Shown here piece by piece: positions 38,642 to 52,311 of a stretch of DNA of 64,000 bases. Both the position numbers and the translations under genes were made by a program. How positions within the stretch are numbered: the stretch's first letter is position 1; every line of letters begins with the position of its first letter. Source of the stretch: Vairimorpha necatrix (Eukaryota); assembly GCA_036630325.1 (NCBI GenBank), contig CP142735.1, positions 248,001 to 312,000 on the forward strand, read 5' to 3'. The notes under the pieces were generated by a model. It was not told where the DNA came from. It searched no databases and saw nothing but the letters and a program-made list of their open reading frames with translations.

Positions 38642-41600
38642 TCAAAGAAGAATAATTTAGCAAACCTTGAATATATATCAGTTATAGATAATATATGCCC
38701 TATCTCTTTCACACAGTCGTTTTTATAATCAGAAACGTTAAATAGACCAAAAATGACCATTGAAATTCTCTCAAATTTCTGTTCTGAAACGATTTTATTT
38801 TCTATATTGTGCTTATATCTGTCCTTCTTTAGTCTGTAACACATTCCACAACTTTTAGTTACATTTTTTTTCAATTTAACCATGTTTCTTATATTAACAT
38901 AATTTTTTAAATTGTTATACATGGTGGCAATTCCTCTATGCCCGGATAATTTATGTATCTGTTCTAATAAAGACCGCATCTTATTTTACTTTATAATTAC
39001 TCTGTTACATTTATCAAACCTTCATCTTTCCGGTGTGTGTTTTTACCGAACATTTATTAATTAAATTATCATACTCATTTTTAATGTTTGAGTCTTCGAT
39101 GTATAAGCACCGAGATAAGCTATCGGCTATAACGTTTTTATCTCCGTCTATATGGAGTATTTTATGATTAAATTTATTCATTAATAATTTCCATCTTTCA
39201 AACCTTGATGTTTTCTTTTGATTATTATGTATACAATTTCTACTATCGGTGTGTATCTCCGTATAACAACCTTGAATAATGTTTTTAAAATGTATTGACG
39301 CTAGGACTATTGATAAGTATTCCTTTTCAAACATGGTGTAATTTAGTTCAAACCAATTGAGCTTCTTTGAATGATATCCTATCACTCTATCACTTTGTTT
39401 CAAAACTGCACCAATCCCCAAATCTGAGGCATCACATTCCAGTATAAATTTTTTAGTATAGTCCGAGAAAGACAATCTAGCCCCATTTGTTATATCTTTT
39501 ATGACGTCATTAATTATTATTTTTGACTTATCGTTTAAGCAAATCTTTTTGTTATCTAATTTCAACAAATTGCTAATTTCATGAATTCTTGTTGATAAGT
39601 TTAGTACGAACTTCCTGTACCAATTTATAACTCCCATTATCTTCTGTACATCTTTTCTGGTAGATATCTCTTTTGTAAATATTTTATTTTCTAGACTTTT
39701 AAGATTTGGATAAATTCCATTTTTATCTATTCTATACCTAAAACATTAATTTCTTCTTGGAAAAACTTGCACTTATCAAAATTTATCTTCACACTTTTAA
39801 CGTGTAGCTTGTCTAGTACACTTCCTAAAATCTTAAAGTGTTCTTCTTTTGATTTAGTATAAATAACTATATCATCTATGTACACAAAACAATTTGGTGT
39901 ATCACTTAATATCTCCGAAATATATCGCTGAAATATTTAAGGACCTGGTTTTATTCCAAACGGAATTCTTTTATATTGATACTGCCGTCCCTATAACATA
40001 AATGACGTATATTTTTTACTTTCATTACTTATCTGAATTTGGTTAAAACCGTTCTGAAGATCGAGTTGACTAAAATAATTGTTTTCACCCATTATTCTTA
40101 AACAGTCGTCTATTTTAGGTAATATCCATGGATCATCTTCAATATGTTCATTAATTTTTTTATAGTCTACTACTAATCTAAGATCGTTATTTTTTTGATT
40201 TAGGAAAAAGGCTGGGCTAGAAAAGGGAGAGTTGCTTAATTCGATTATATCCTCTCTAAGTAATCTAAAAATCTCGGCCTTTCCTTGTTCGTAATATTTA
40301 TTCGGTACACAATATCCTTGTGACTGAATTACGTTCATAGAATTTTTTATGGTAAATGTAGCAGGTACTGACTGCATACTTTTAAAGTTAGAATTGTTTA
40401 GCATATAATCCTTAATTTTTTTATTTAAGAGCTCTTTCGCAACCTGTGTCACGAAGCAAATTTTTTCACTTAAGCGTTCATCTAATATCTCATCAATTGT
40501 TTTATCACAACCTAATAACTTGATCACCTTATTTTTAATAGTTAACGTTCTTTTACCAAAATTGATTATACAGTTATTGCTTTCAAAAAATTTGAGACCT
40601 AGAATAAACTTTACTGGTAAATTTTTTAAAACATAAAATTCAACAATATACTCATCTTTGTCAATGGTTACGGTTTCTCTTACTAGTTTTGATGTTACTT
40701 CCATCTCTCCCTTCCCAAATGAAACCTGAATTGGTTTAGTCTCTTCCTGTTTCACGTTTAAGTTTAACACCTGCTTTTCTGTAATGAAATTCTCATCTGA
40801 TCCATTATCTAGTGTAAACACTTCTAGACCACCAACAATGTCGGCTTCAAGCTCAAGTTTTCTTGATCCGGTGATTTTAGTTTCGTTAATAACAAAAGAT
40901 TTTCTTTCGTTCTCTACATTTTTCTTTTTAATTTCTTTCGATCTTAAGAACAATCTCTTGTGTTATGGGATTTGATCTGGTGTATAGAGCACCATTTGTT
41001 ATTCTTAATCAGATTATTTGGTACTTCTTGATTATTATTATTATTATTATTATTTCTTATGTTGTTATTATGCCTTACGCTCATGTTGGCTAGCGTTCCT
41101 TGCAAAATAATGTTTTCTTCCAGCCCTTGAAGATATCTAACTACTTCAACGGTTGGGAGGTTGTCTAATCGCTGTTTATATATTTCAATCGCTGTGAAAT
41201 TTCCTAGTCCTCTATTAAAGGCTTCATTGAGTCTGTTTTCAGAGTCTTTTTTATTTAAGCCCTTCATAATACCATATAATTCAATAACACTCGACACTTC
41301 ATTAAAATAGTCGACTATATGCTTATATTGAACTTGTTTATGGTTTCTAACTTTATCAACACTAACCTGGCTTCGCTTTTAGGATAAATTATTTCAATCA
41401 ACTCTTCTCTCAGTTTCTTATAGCTATTTCTTGTAAAGCTATCTTCAAATCTATCATTGTCTATCAGAGAATGAAAAATTATACCCATCTGCTCATCTGT
41501 CCATTCATTGGCATTAGCCAATGCTTCAAATTTCTCCATATGTTTCAAATCACAGTCTTTTTGATGTCTTTGATTTTATATATTTTTTCTTGGATTCTAA

Positions 41601-42020
41601 TTGAAGTTCCATTACTTTCTTCTCAAAGGTCACACTTTCCTTTGGAACAATCACTTCACTTAATAGTGCTTGGTTTTTTGTATTGTAAGTGATTCTCTAA
41701 CACTTAATGAATTCATTGTGGTGTTTACACCAGGGAGATGGCCATTTAGTAAATAGCATTCAATAATGCTTCTCCCTGCATTTAAATTAGTTTTATTAAA
41801 ATAGTATTTATTGGTATTCCCGTGTGGGTAGTTAGTACTTCTCTTGTGGGGGGGGGGTAGGCTTCTTGGTGTCCTCCCATTGTAATTGATATTCTCTTGA
41901 TCGTACATCCCTTTTTGTGTGGGGTAAAACAAAAGGAAAATATTTATAGTAAATTATTTTGAAGAAAATTCACTTGGAGGGAAAATAAGAATAAAAATAA
42001 TAATGTGGCAATTAATACCA

Positions 42021-42446
42021 GAAGTGATCGTTATAGAAGTTGGAATCACAAGTTTTAACAAACTCCATGCAGTAGAAACAGAAAAGAAACATTAATACGA
42101 CTTGCTCGCAAATCATGTGGCTTCTCTCCACAAATACAAGCCGAAAATTATTCCTTATGTGATGACGTGGGATGGAATAGTAACTAATTTTCACCGTACG
42201 CATATCAAAGTGCTTAGATTAGAACCCAGAACGGAAGCATATATACAGTCAAGAGTCCTTAAAATGACTTTAGAAAGCCTAACTATGTCAGCCAGACATG
42301 GGCTTGATACAGATCAGGAAGGGGTCTTCGAGAGCCCAATGAGTAATCTTAGAAGGAAGTCCTGGAACTGCCAGATGAGACTGTAAGCGTATCTTGTGAA
42401 AAGTAATTAATAAGCCGAATATTATACCCAAATAAATAATATATCC
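42021..42446 (+). mobile_element. 5'-truncated RLE-type non-LTR retrotransposon inserted in the LTR of element F
   Basis: 15-bp TSD TGGCAATTAATACCA (42006-42020 / 42447-42461). Translation IEVGITS...EKKH*YDLLA...PYVMTWDGIVT resembles a restriction-like endonuclease C-terminus. Confidence 0.82.
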
Positions 42447-43448
42447 TGGCAATTAATACCACAATTATTTAATTAAAAATTAAAAGGAATACTATTTTTT
42501 ACATAAAAACTATGTTGTGTCTTTCAATTTAAATGTAGTCAAACAATGTTTTCCAATTGATCTTGAGATTTACGAAAGATAAATATATGGAATTATTGAA
42601 TGTATCTTTCTGCTAATTTTCTTGTTTAAAAGAACAAAACTAAAAAATGATCAAATCTTCTTTGACTTATCAACAACCTTCAATACCAAATATTTACACA
42701 TACTTTTATAGGTTATTGTAAAAAGGGAAATGACGATAGTATAAACTGTTTTTTTAGTCAAAACGTGTCTATGAATTTCTGTCTTTGCATGAGCTAGATC
42801 ACAAAATATTTAACATTCATATCAGTATTTTTGTTGCATAAAATGTGTAAATTGTGTAATATTTGTTAGACAAATATCTGCGACAACAACCAAGAAGTAC
42901 TAAAAGGCGAGATGGCCTTAGATACTGCCAAGTAAAGATAGATAAACTATTTATTTATGGCTATACGATACAACTAGGGAAAGTATATTTATAGTACAAG
43001 TACATCAAAAAAGGAATCTCTGTGTACAAAATATATACGAAAATTAAATTCACTAATAGCATAATACGTACTCTCTAACCAACAAATCGAAGAAATTTTA
43101 TTTAAGAAAAATTAGGATATTTTTTTGTTTTAGAGAACATTGGCAATGAAGATACTTGTAAATCATTCTGGCAAATAACATAATTTTTATATTGTACAGT
43201 TAATTCAGAATGAGATATGTTGGTTATATTTTATAGAAAAAAATTTAATTAAGCACATAAATTTAAACCGCAGACAAAGCATAAAATATAACAAAATCCC
43301 GTAAATCTCAAAAATCATTCAATCAAGTTCCAGATTGTTTAGTAGCGGCTTATAATATTTCTTTTAATTTGAAAATAAATATATGAGAGCGATTGTATCT
43401 ACAGATATGGACAGCCTATTCCTGTTATATTCTGTATTTATAATATTT

Positions 43449-44190
43449 TGTTCTATTTAATTTTAAGATCTTTTTTCATGATAAAATTAAGGGGTGAATA
43501 GATAAATTTTTAAATAATACAACATCCCACCGGTCAAGAAAAAAGCTCGTCTACATTACTTTAAGTTGTGATGATGCCCTTTGATTATTTTATTTTTTAC
43601 TTTAATGTTATATGAATTCTCTCCAGCCTTGTTAAGAATTATTCCTCTGGCCTTGAATCTGGGTTGTCCCTTAGTCTCCCCTACTTCCTCCTTAACTATT
43701 ACTATATCATCCTTTTTTAATATTTCTTCCCTCTCTTTGTTGTAGTTTTCTTTACTGAACTTAATTCTTTTCTTAATTGTATTTACATTAAATGTTGATG
43801 ATTTTCTTCTTTAAAGGCCGCTTCGGGCGTCATATATATGCCAGCGTGATGTAATTCATTATATATTTTATTGCTCTTGCTAGCTTATTTGTAAAAAGTT
43901 TATCCTGTTTATTCTTATATATTAGGTCTTGTAGAGTTCTGTTGAATTTCTCAACCCGCCTATTTGATTGATGATGGAACGGAGAGGTGTAATGCAGCTC
44001 AAAATTTTCTTCTCTTGCAAAATCTTTATTTTTCTTACTTAAATTTTCCTTAGATTGATCGCAAACTAACATCTGAGTTTTTAATTCTTTATGGAGTTCC
44101 TTCACAAACTTGAGGACATTCCTATCTTGTCTTGACTTAATTATCTTTTCAAATTCCTTTCTCGAAAAATAATCAATCCCAGATATTATG
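43449..44190 (-). mobile_element. Gypsy integrase relic with PPT and a short LTR-like end (H/J-related family)
   Basis: GIDYFSR, CDQSKEN and SPFHHQSN motifs; GGTGGGA followed by TGTTGTATT at 43524. Left edge uncertain. Confidence 0.7.
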
Positions 44191-46535
44191 TAACAATTAA
44201 GAGTATAAAGTATCCTTTTTTAAATCTCGACTTCCCCCTCTTAAAAACATTTGTCTATTATCAATTTCAGCTGAGAAGATTGCCGCTTAATAATTTTGTT
44301 TCCTGTCCTCACTAGATATGTGTTGTTTTCTAAAACTTTATAAATTAAATCTCTAACCTTAAATTTGGGTTCTCCTTTTTTGACACCTGTTTCTGTTTTT
44401 ATATTAACGCTATCTCCCTCTGAAAATTGTGGTTTGGTTTCTCGGTTATTATTTCTTTCATTTAATTTTAGTATCTCCTCATATTGTTTTTCTTTCACCT
44501 TTTGGAAATTGGTCGGGTTTAAAGCTTCATTCGGAGACATACCTAATTTACTATGATATTTATTGTTATATACATCTAAAACCTTTGAAAGTCTAATCTT
44601 AAGATTTTCTTTTCCCTCTTGTTTGTATATTCCTTCTTGTATTGTCCTATTGAAATTTTCCACTCTTCCGTTGGACTGGTGGTGAAATGGTGAGGTATAA
44701 TGTAATTTGACATTATTACTTGGGGCCCAACATCTTATTTCTTTACTTAGGGTTTCTTTCGATTGATCTAAAATTAGTTTATGTATCTTAATTTTTTGAT
44801 TTATCATATCTAAAAATTTTACAATTTTCTTACTCTCCCCGAAACTTAGTACCTTTCCAAATCCAATCGACTAAAGTAATCAATCCCAGACACGATATAT
44901 TGGTTGTAAACTGGACCAATAATATCTATTGCTACTTTCTTTCCAATCGCATATTAATTTACAAATAAAATTCTTTCCCCTCTTTTAGGATTATACATTT
45001 TACACCGAATACACCTCTTTAGCTCGTTTTTAGTCAATTTTTCCATATCTTTCCAATCGTATTTCTTTTTAAGTTCATTTTGAACTGCTTTATAACCTCT
45101 ATGGACAAGTTCTAGGTGTTTCTTACGGATAATTTTTCTTTTGTCTCCCTAGTCATTTCTAATTCTAGATTTTTAATCTCTAATATTTCTTGTCTTGATG
45201 ATCTGTATAAGCAATTCACATGTGGAATGTTTGTTCCTTTTCTATATACAACACAATAATTATATTCACTAAGTTTGTCTAACCATCGTTGGATCCGCAA
45301 AGATTTTATCTCTCCCGATTTAGTGCCTTTAGGGCCTTATGATCAGTGACTGCAGTAAATTCATTTCCATAGAGGAAAAATCTGAAATGTTTCATCCCTC
45401 ATGACATCGCTAAACATTCCTTTTCGCTGATTCCATAGTTTATCTCAGCAGGTAACAATCTTCTTGGAGCGAAAGCAATTGGTACTGGACCACTTCCATG
45501 ATCCTGTGAGAGGATAGCTCCTATTCCTGACTGGCATGCATCTGTTTCCAAAATATAAGGTTTTTTGTAATCGGGTTGGGATAGAACCACGCGTGATCTC
45601 AATATACTTTTTAATTTCTTAAAAGCTTTTTCTTCTTCCTCTTCCCACTTAAATACAACATCCTTTTTAAGTAAATCATACAATGGCCCGGCAATGATTG
45701 AACATTGTGGAATAAATTTACGATAGTAATTAATCAATCCTAAAAATTCCTCACAAGATTTTCTATTATCTGGTCTTTCTATATTTTCAATTCCTTGTTC
45801 AGCCGAAAATTTCGGCTTTATCTTGTTATATTCAATAACATGGCCTAAAAATTCTATGTTCTCTTTTTTATGTATAGTCTTTGACTCGTTAATTCGTAGC
45901 TCATATTTTTGTAGCTTGTTAATAACCTTTGTATAGCTTGTATCATGTTCTTCTTCATTTCTACCAAAAATAAGGATGTCATCAACATAGACAAAGAAAT
46001 TTTTCCCTATTTCTTCTCCAAGGACGTTGTTCATAAATCTTTGGAAAACGGCTGGTGCATTTTTAAACCCCATGGGCATTGTGTTTCATTTGTACAATAA
46101 ATGATTAAATCTGAAAGCAGTTTTGTGTTTGTCTTTTTCAGCCAATTTAATTTAAAAAAATCTATCTTTGAAATCAATTTTTGAAAATATCTTATGTCTT
46201 AAGACTGTATATAAGTCTTTCAATATTAAGAAAGAATAATTATCTAGATCTACCAATCTGTTGGGCGCTATTAAATTCGTAGTAACTCTTATGGATCCAT
46301 CCGGGTTGATCACTGGCCTAAGGTTATTTAGCCATGTTGAATTAGATTTCCTTATATACCCGTTTTTTAATTACTCATTTATAGAGTTTTGTATTCCTTC
46401 CTCCAATTTCTTTGGTAAACTATAAACGTGTTCTATCACCTTCTCTCCTGGTTTTGTATTGATCTCACAAATTCTATTGTTCGGTTGTCGAAAGACTTTA
46501 CAAATATCCTCTTTTCCTATTAATATTTTAAATTT

Positions 46536-47602
46536 GGTTAAGTTCTCGACTTACCCCACCCCCACCCCCCAAAAAAATAAAAAAATAAATTATTTGACCA
46601 TAATGAGAATTAAAGAATTTAGAAAACTCATCTATAAAAAAAATGAGTTAATGCAATTTTTAATTGCAAAAATCATTTTGAGGGTCCCTATGTGCAATAA
46701 ATGCAATATACCAATGACTCAAAATCGGACCAACACTGAAAACTATCGTTGTTATTTAAGACGTGATGGTACAAAATGTTCTTACAAAGGAACCATAATG
46801 AAACAAAGCGTTTTTAAGAACTTAAAATTGCCTATTGAGGATCTTTTAATATTGATTTGCGAATGGGTAAAGGTTTCAAGTAATTTGGCCGCCACGTTAG
46901 AACTTAATATTGGTAAATGTACGGTATCAAGATGGTTTGCGCGTTTTAATAACGCCGTGTGCGTCTCCTATTCAACATATATAAACAATCAAACGATTGG
47001 CGGCGTCGGTTGTATTGTTGAAATTGATGAAACTTTACTTGTAAAAAGTAAAAACCATGCGGGAAGGGTTCTTCAATATCAAGTATGGGCAGTTGGAGGC
47101 GTTGTGAGATTGGATGCGAATTCTTTTTTCTTTGAAATCGTAGAAAATAGAACAAGAGCTACTCTTGTTGAATTAATCACAAGAAAAATTGCTCCGGGGA
47201 CCACAATTGTGACAGATTGTTGGCGCGGCTATAGTGATATTCAAACAATCTGTGTAGAATATGAGTATTTACATTTGACTGTGAATCACAGCCAAAATTT
47301 TGATAATATTACTGGTGCGCATACAAAGACTATAGAGGATATGTGGTCGGTTCTTAAAAGAGAACTAAGAAAAAGCGGAACTAGTCATGGTACTATTATG
47401 AATCTTGTAAGAAAGATTTACATTAATGGATTCAAATTAATATATCGTGAAGATCTATTTCATAAAATGATAGAATTTTTTGAAATAGGTAATTTTAGTA
47501 TTTAGCATATGATATTATTTCTAAAATAGATTTTACAATTGTGGAATAATTTTTTTTGTTTTTTTTTAGGGGTGGGGGGGGGGGTAAGTCGAGAACTTAA
47601 CC
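46536..47602 (+). mobile_element. Merlin DNA transposon 3
   Basis: TIRs GGTTAAGTTCTCGACTTACCCC. No TSD, and the flanking host sequence appears deleted. Confidence 0.9.
46603..47505 (+). CDS. Merlin/IS1016-like DDE transposase (300 aa from the ATG at 46603)
   Basis: CNKC..C ribbon, EIDET, VTDCW, VNHS and HTKTIEDMW motifs. Confidence 0.9.
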   Translation: MRIKEFRKLIYKKNELMQFLIAKIILRVPMCNKCNIPMTQNRTNTENYRCYLRRDGTKCSYKGTIMKQSVFKNLKLPIEDLLILICEWVKVSSNLAATLELNIGKCTVSRWFARFNNAVCVSYSTYINNQTIGGVGCIVEIDETLLVKSKNHAGRVLQYQVWAVGGVVRLDANSFFFEIVENRTRATLVELITRKIAPGTTIVTDCWRGYSDIQTICVEYEYLHLTVNHSQNFDNITGAHTKTIEDMWSVLKRELRKSGTSHGTIMNLVRKIYINGFKLIYREDLFHKMIEFFEIGNFSI

Positions 47603-49883
47603 CATTCTGCTTTTAAATATTCTATCACCATATTTGTATTCCACAATAACATGATTTTCAACTAAAAATTCTTTTTCAAGACATGTGAAAAATTTCAAAT
47701 CATTCATATTCTTATAGAGTTTCAATTTTAAATCATAGACAGCTTGAAGAGAGATAAAGTTGTAGGCCGCACTTAAATCAGAAACCACGGGCACTTTTTT
47801 AGTCCCAACATAAATAAAATTATTTTTATATGTAATAAAGCTTTGATCTACTTCTTGACTATCCTTTTCAATCTCATTAATATTCTTGTCGTATCCTTCT
47901 ATAATTATTTTATATTTTCACCCCATGCAATTCGTAAATAATAAAGCATTTGACATGGCGACAGCGATAAAAACTGTTGGCTGCTTCAATGGAAAGAGGG
48001 AAGAGGATATAAATACATGGTTGCGTGACACAACGTTTACGGCGAGGGTGATGGACTGACAGAAGATCAGACCACCAGACTTATCTGCCTGGGTCTACGG
48101 GAGCCCGCTCATGGATAGCCATGTCATTTGAACGGGCATCCGAACTTGATCTGGCAGAGGTTACTAAGAGTCTAAAATCGAGATTTTACAGTTCACAGAA
48201 AACTCTGGCCACTCTAGACGAGTTTGATAAACCGCAACAATTTGGCAACCTAGATGCTTTCATAGACTTCTGCAGGAAAGGAAACTCTCTTATAGAGCAA
48301 CAAACAATGGAGTGCAAAGCAGTCAGCCCCATTGTACTCAAGAAGGCACCTTCAGCCCTCAAATCAATTCTTTATGATTTTGTTAGTCAATGCCAAGATT
48401 GGAGTGAATTCCTGAGGCGCACAGAGGAAGTTGCTTGGATAGCATTCCCTATAAAAAGTAACACGACTAATACGGAGGAGACACTAGATAACAGGGCCTT
48501 GAAGGCCGCACCAGCGAAGAAGGGAAATATACCCTACACCATAGAAAACTACAAGATCAACACTTGTTCCACTAACCCCTGCTACATAAACCTAGAATTC
48601 AATCGTAAACGATATCGAGCATTAATCGATACCGGGGCTGATGTCTCCCTGATACCCACAAGAGTCCTCGAAGGGACAAATATCAGATTGACCAGATCTT
48701 CAACGATCATACGAGCAGCCTCGGGGACACCACTTGAGATTACAGGAGGATGTATAAATATCAATTTTAAAGCGGGAGAAGCTTCAATTACTTTCAGCCC
48801 TTAAGTCAAGTAACGGGCGCCAGACTACATAATCTTAGAAGTTGACGCTATTCGGACGAACCCCATATTACTGGAACAACTGATCTTTAAATTCGCCGAT
48901 ACAATCAGGAAAGGCTCTCTGATTAACAAAGTCAATTACATCTCAATCGAAGCGAAATGCCACGACATGTTCAAAACTGAAATTTCAGAGCTTACACTTT
49001 GTAACATTGGGAAGCATCAAATCGAGACAACAGTAGCGAAGGCAATTTACCAAAAAACGGAAAGATCCTTCTGCACTTTGAAGAGGAAATCACACAACAG
49101 ATCAAGAAGAACTTGGAGTTGGGTGTAATAAGAAATAGTATGAGCCCCTGGAACAGTAGAGATGTTCTAGTAACGAAACCTTTATGGTCGATCAGGCTCT
49201 GTATATATTACAGAGATCTCAACAAGAATACAGTCAAATATAAATACCTCCTTTCACGAATTGACGAAATTCTCGACGATCTAGCGGACGCTGCTATCTT
49301 TTCGACATTAGATGCTACGTCAGGTATTATCAAATATCCGTTGAAGAAGTAGACAAGGAGAAGACAGCATTCAGCTGTAGAGGAGGACTTTGTGAATTTA
49401 ACAGGATGCCGTTTGGGCTATGTAATGCTCCAGCTACTTTTCAGAGAACTATGGATAAGATCTTTGTGAAATAAAACAAAAAATTTGTCATACCATACAG
49501 TGATGACATTTTTTTCTGTCTAAAAATCATCAGGAACACCGCGAACACTTAAAAATCGTATTGGGTAAGCTTAATGTAGCAGGAATCGCACTTAACGGGA
49601 AGAGGTGCCACTTTTTCATGGAATAAATTAAAATTCTAGGGAATATAGTAACGATTAAGACGACCAACCCGGACCCAGAGAAGGTCAAAGCCATAAAGGA
49701 GTATAAGGAGCCGTAAATATTGCTTAACTACGGTCGTTTCTTGGGCTCATAAATTACTGTAGAGAGTTCATCCCTAACTTATCTGCGTTAGCAGCCCCTC
49801 TCTACGAACTGTTTAAAGGAGAGTCAAAGCAAAGTGTTTGTTGAGTGAAATAATAATTATTTATAGCCCCTATTCTAGAATAA

Positions 49884-52311
49884 ATGTTTATGGTGGAGAA
49901 TATGAAAACAGAGATTAGTAGTGAAAATATCTTGCAGGAGCTACAAAGAGCTTCTTTACTTTCCAGTTTTAATAAATTATCAAATGAGGAAAAAATTGAT
50001 TATTTTATTCATAAAGCCAACATTGAGATACTAGATTGGCATAGTAAGTTAATGAAGGAGAAACGGAAATGTTCCTTAACATTTGAAATGTGGAAAGAGT
50101 TGGCAGAAACGGAATTTGACTGCGGTACTGGATTGTACGAATTATATACTTTAAAACAAAAAGAAAACCAAAGTATTGTGGAATTTATCAAAGATGTAGA
50201 AAAGAAATGTCTAAAGGAAAATATCAGAAATACGGATAAAAGGAAGATAATAAGAAATGGAATCCTATCAAGATATAAGGCTATAAAAATGGTATTAACG
50301 GGGCAATATGAAATTAATAAAGAATTCCTTGAAATAATTGATGAAGTGGAAAAGGAAAATAACGATATAACAAAAATAAGACAACCTGCCTCCAATAACA
50401 TCAACAAAAGATATTCATGTTATTTTTGCCACAAGGATGGGCATATCGCTAAAGACTGTTTTGCGAAGAAGAAAATAACTGATGGTAAACAACTACAGTA
50501 TAAAAGGATAAATGAGATCCACCAAGAAGGCGGAATGTTGGATGCAAACTTTATTAACAATAAAGAAGATTTAATATATGTTTATAATGAAAAAATTAAT
50601 GTAACTTTTGACTCGTGTTCTTACTATAATTTTATGAGTAAAAAGGCTGCTTCTGAACTAACTTTAAAAATTTATAGAAGTACAGAGGAAATATATTTTT
50701 TAACATGTTTAGAAGAAAGATTCGGGATTACAGAATATGTGATATTAGATTTCTCTTATGGTGGTAAAAGTTATCGTTCTAAATTTTTTATATTCCCTAA
50801 GGTGGAAAAATTTAAAATACTTGTAGGAAAAAAGACATTACAAGAAATATTGAAAAGGGTGTCTAGCAATAGAATTTGTGAAATAAATACGATAAAAGGA
50901 GAAAAAATTGTTGAAAAGGTCTATACACTACCAAAAAAGTTAGAAGAAGGAGTGGAAAAATCTATCAAAGAACTACTAAGGAAAAATTACATAAGAAAAT
51001 CAAAATCAACGTGGTTGAATAATTTAAGACCAGTAATTAAACCAGATGGTTCTATAAGAGTTACTACAAATTTAGTTTCGTTAAACAAATTGGTAGAGCT
51101 AGATAATTACTCCTTACCACACATTGATAAGCTTTTATACGGGCTTCGTGGAAAAAAATATTTTAGTAAATTGGATTTAAAAGATGCATTTTTTTGTATA
51201 GAATTAGCGGAAAAGGATAGATATAAGACCGCTTTCAGATTTAAGCACCTATTATATGAATGGAACGTTATGCCAATGGGGTTTAAAAATGCTCCGGCAA
51301 TTTTTCAAAGATTTATAGATGATGTTTTACAAGAAGAAATAGGGAAACGTTGCTTCGTGTATGTGGATGACATACTGGTTTTTGGAGAAAACGAGGAAGA
51401 ACATGATTTTAATTATGAGAAGATCATAACAAAGCTTAAAAGCTATAACTTAATTATTAATGAGGATAAAACAATATATAAGGTTAAAGAACTTACCTTT
51501 TTGGGACATTTAATAGCATATAACGAAATTAAGCCAAAAATTACACGGGACCAAGCAATTAACGATATGAAAAGACCAATCAATAAAAAATCACTGCAAG
51601 AATTTCTGGGACTTATTAATTATTATAGAAAATTTATTCCTAATTGTTCAAAAATCGGAGGATGTTTATATGATCTTACAAAAAATGATATTCAATTTAA
51701 TTGGGGGAAGGAACAGGATGCTGCTTTTAATACATTAAAGAAAATTGTATTGTCGAGCAGTGTGCTTAAACAGCCAGATTTTAGTAAACCTTACATATTA
51801 AAAACGGATGCATGTGACTCTGGTCTGGGAGCGATCTTGTCACAAGAAAATGAAGGGCATGTGTACCCAATCGCGTACGCTTCTAGAAGATTGGTTCCAG
51901 CGGAAAGAAATTACAGTATCAGCGAGAAAGAATGCTTGGGTGTCCTATGGGGAATGGAAAATTTTAGATATTTTTTATATGGAAATGAGTTTAAAGTAAT
52001 AACTGATCACAAAGCTCTAGAGGTCCTAAATAAAGGCGAAATAAAATCGTTACGTATACAAAGGTGGCTTGATAAATTGAGTGAGTATAATTACACGATC
52101 GAGTACAAAAGGGGGACAGATATTCCTCACGTCGATTGTTTGTCAAGATCTTATCTTAATGAGTTAAATACGGATGAAATAAATATGATTGAATTTAGCG
52201 AAGAAGAAAAAAGGTCTATCATAAGGAATAAACATATAGAATTAGTTCACAGAGGATCAAAAGTTATTGAAAATGAATTAAGGAAAAAATATCATTGGAA
52301 AGATATGTCGC
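49884..52311 (+). CDS. Single-ORF Gag-PR-RT-RH-IN polyprotein of J, N-terminal part
   Basis: CYFCHKDGHIAKDC, FDSCS, YVDD, TDAC. Joins 56423-57225 in frame (KDMS|HMVK) to give 1076 aa. Confidence 0.92.

Larger units (their letters stand above)
32905..42463 (-). mobile_element. Ty3/Gypsy element F (~4.3 kb net), degenerate; hosts element G in IN and an RLE fragment in its 5' LTR
   Basis: LTRs 32905-33210 (3') and 41717-42463 (5', interrupted), TSD ATTAT, PPT GGAGGAGGTAGTA. CHHC knuckle WCSIHQIKSHNTRDC, palindrome AATGAATTCATT at 41706-41717. Confidence 0.92.
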
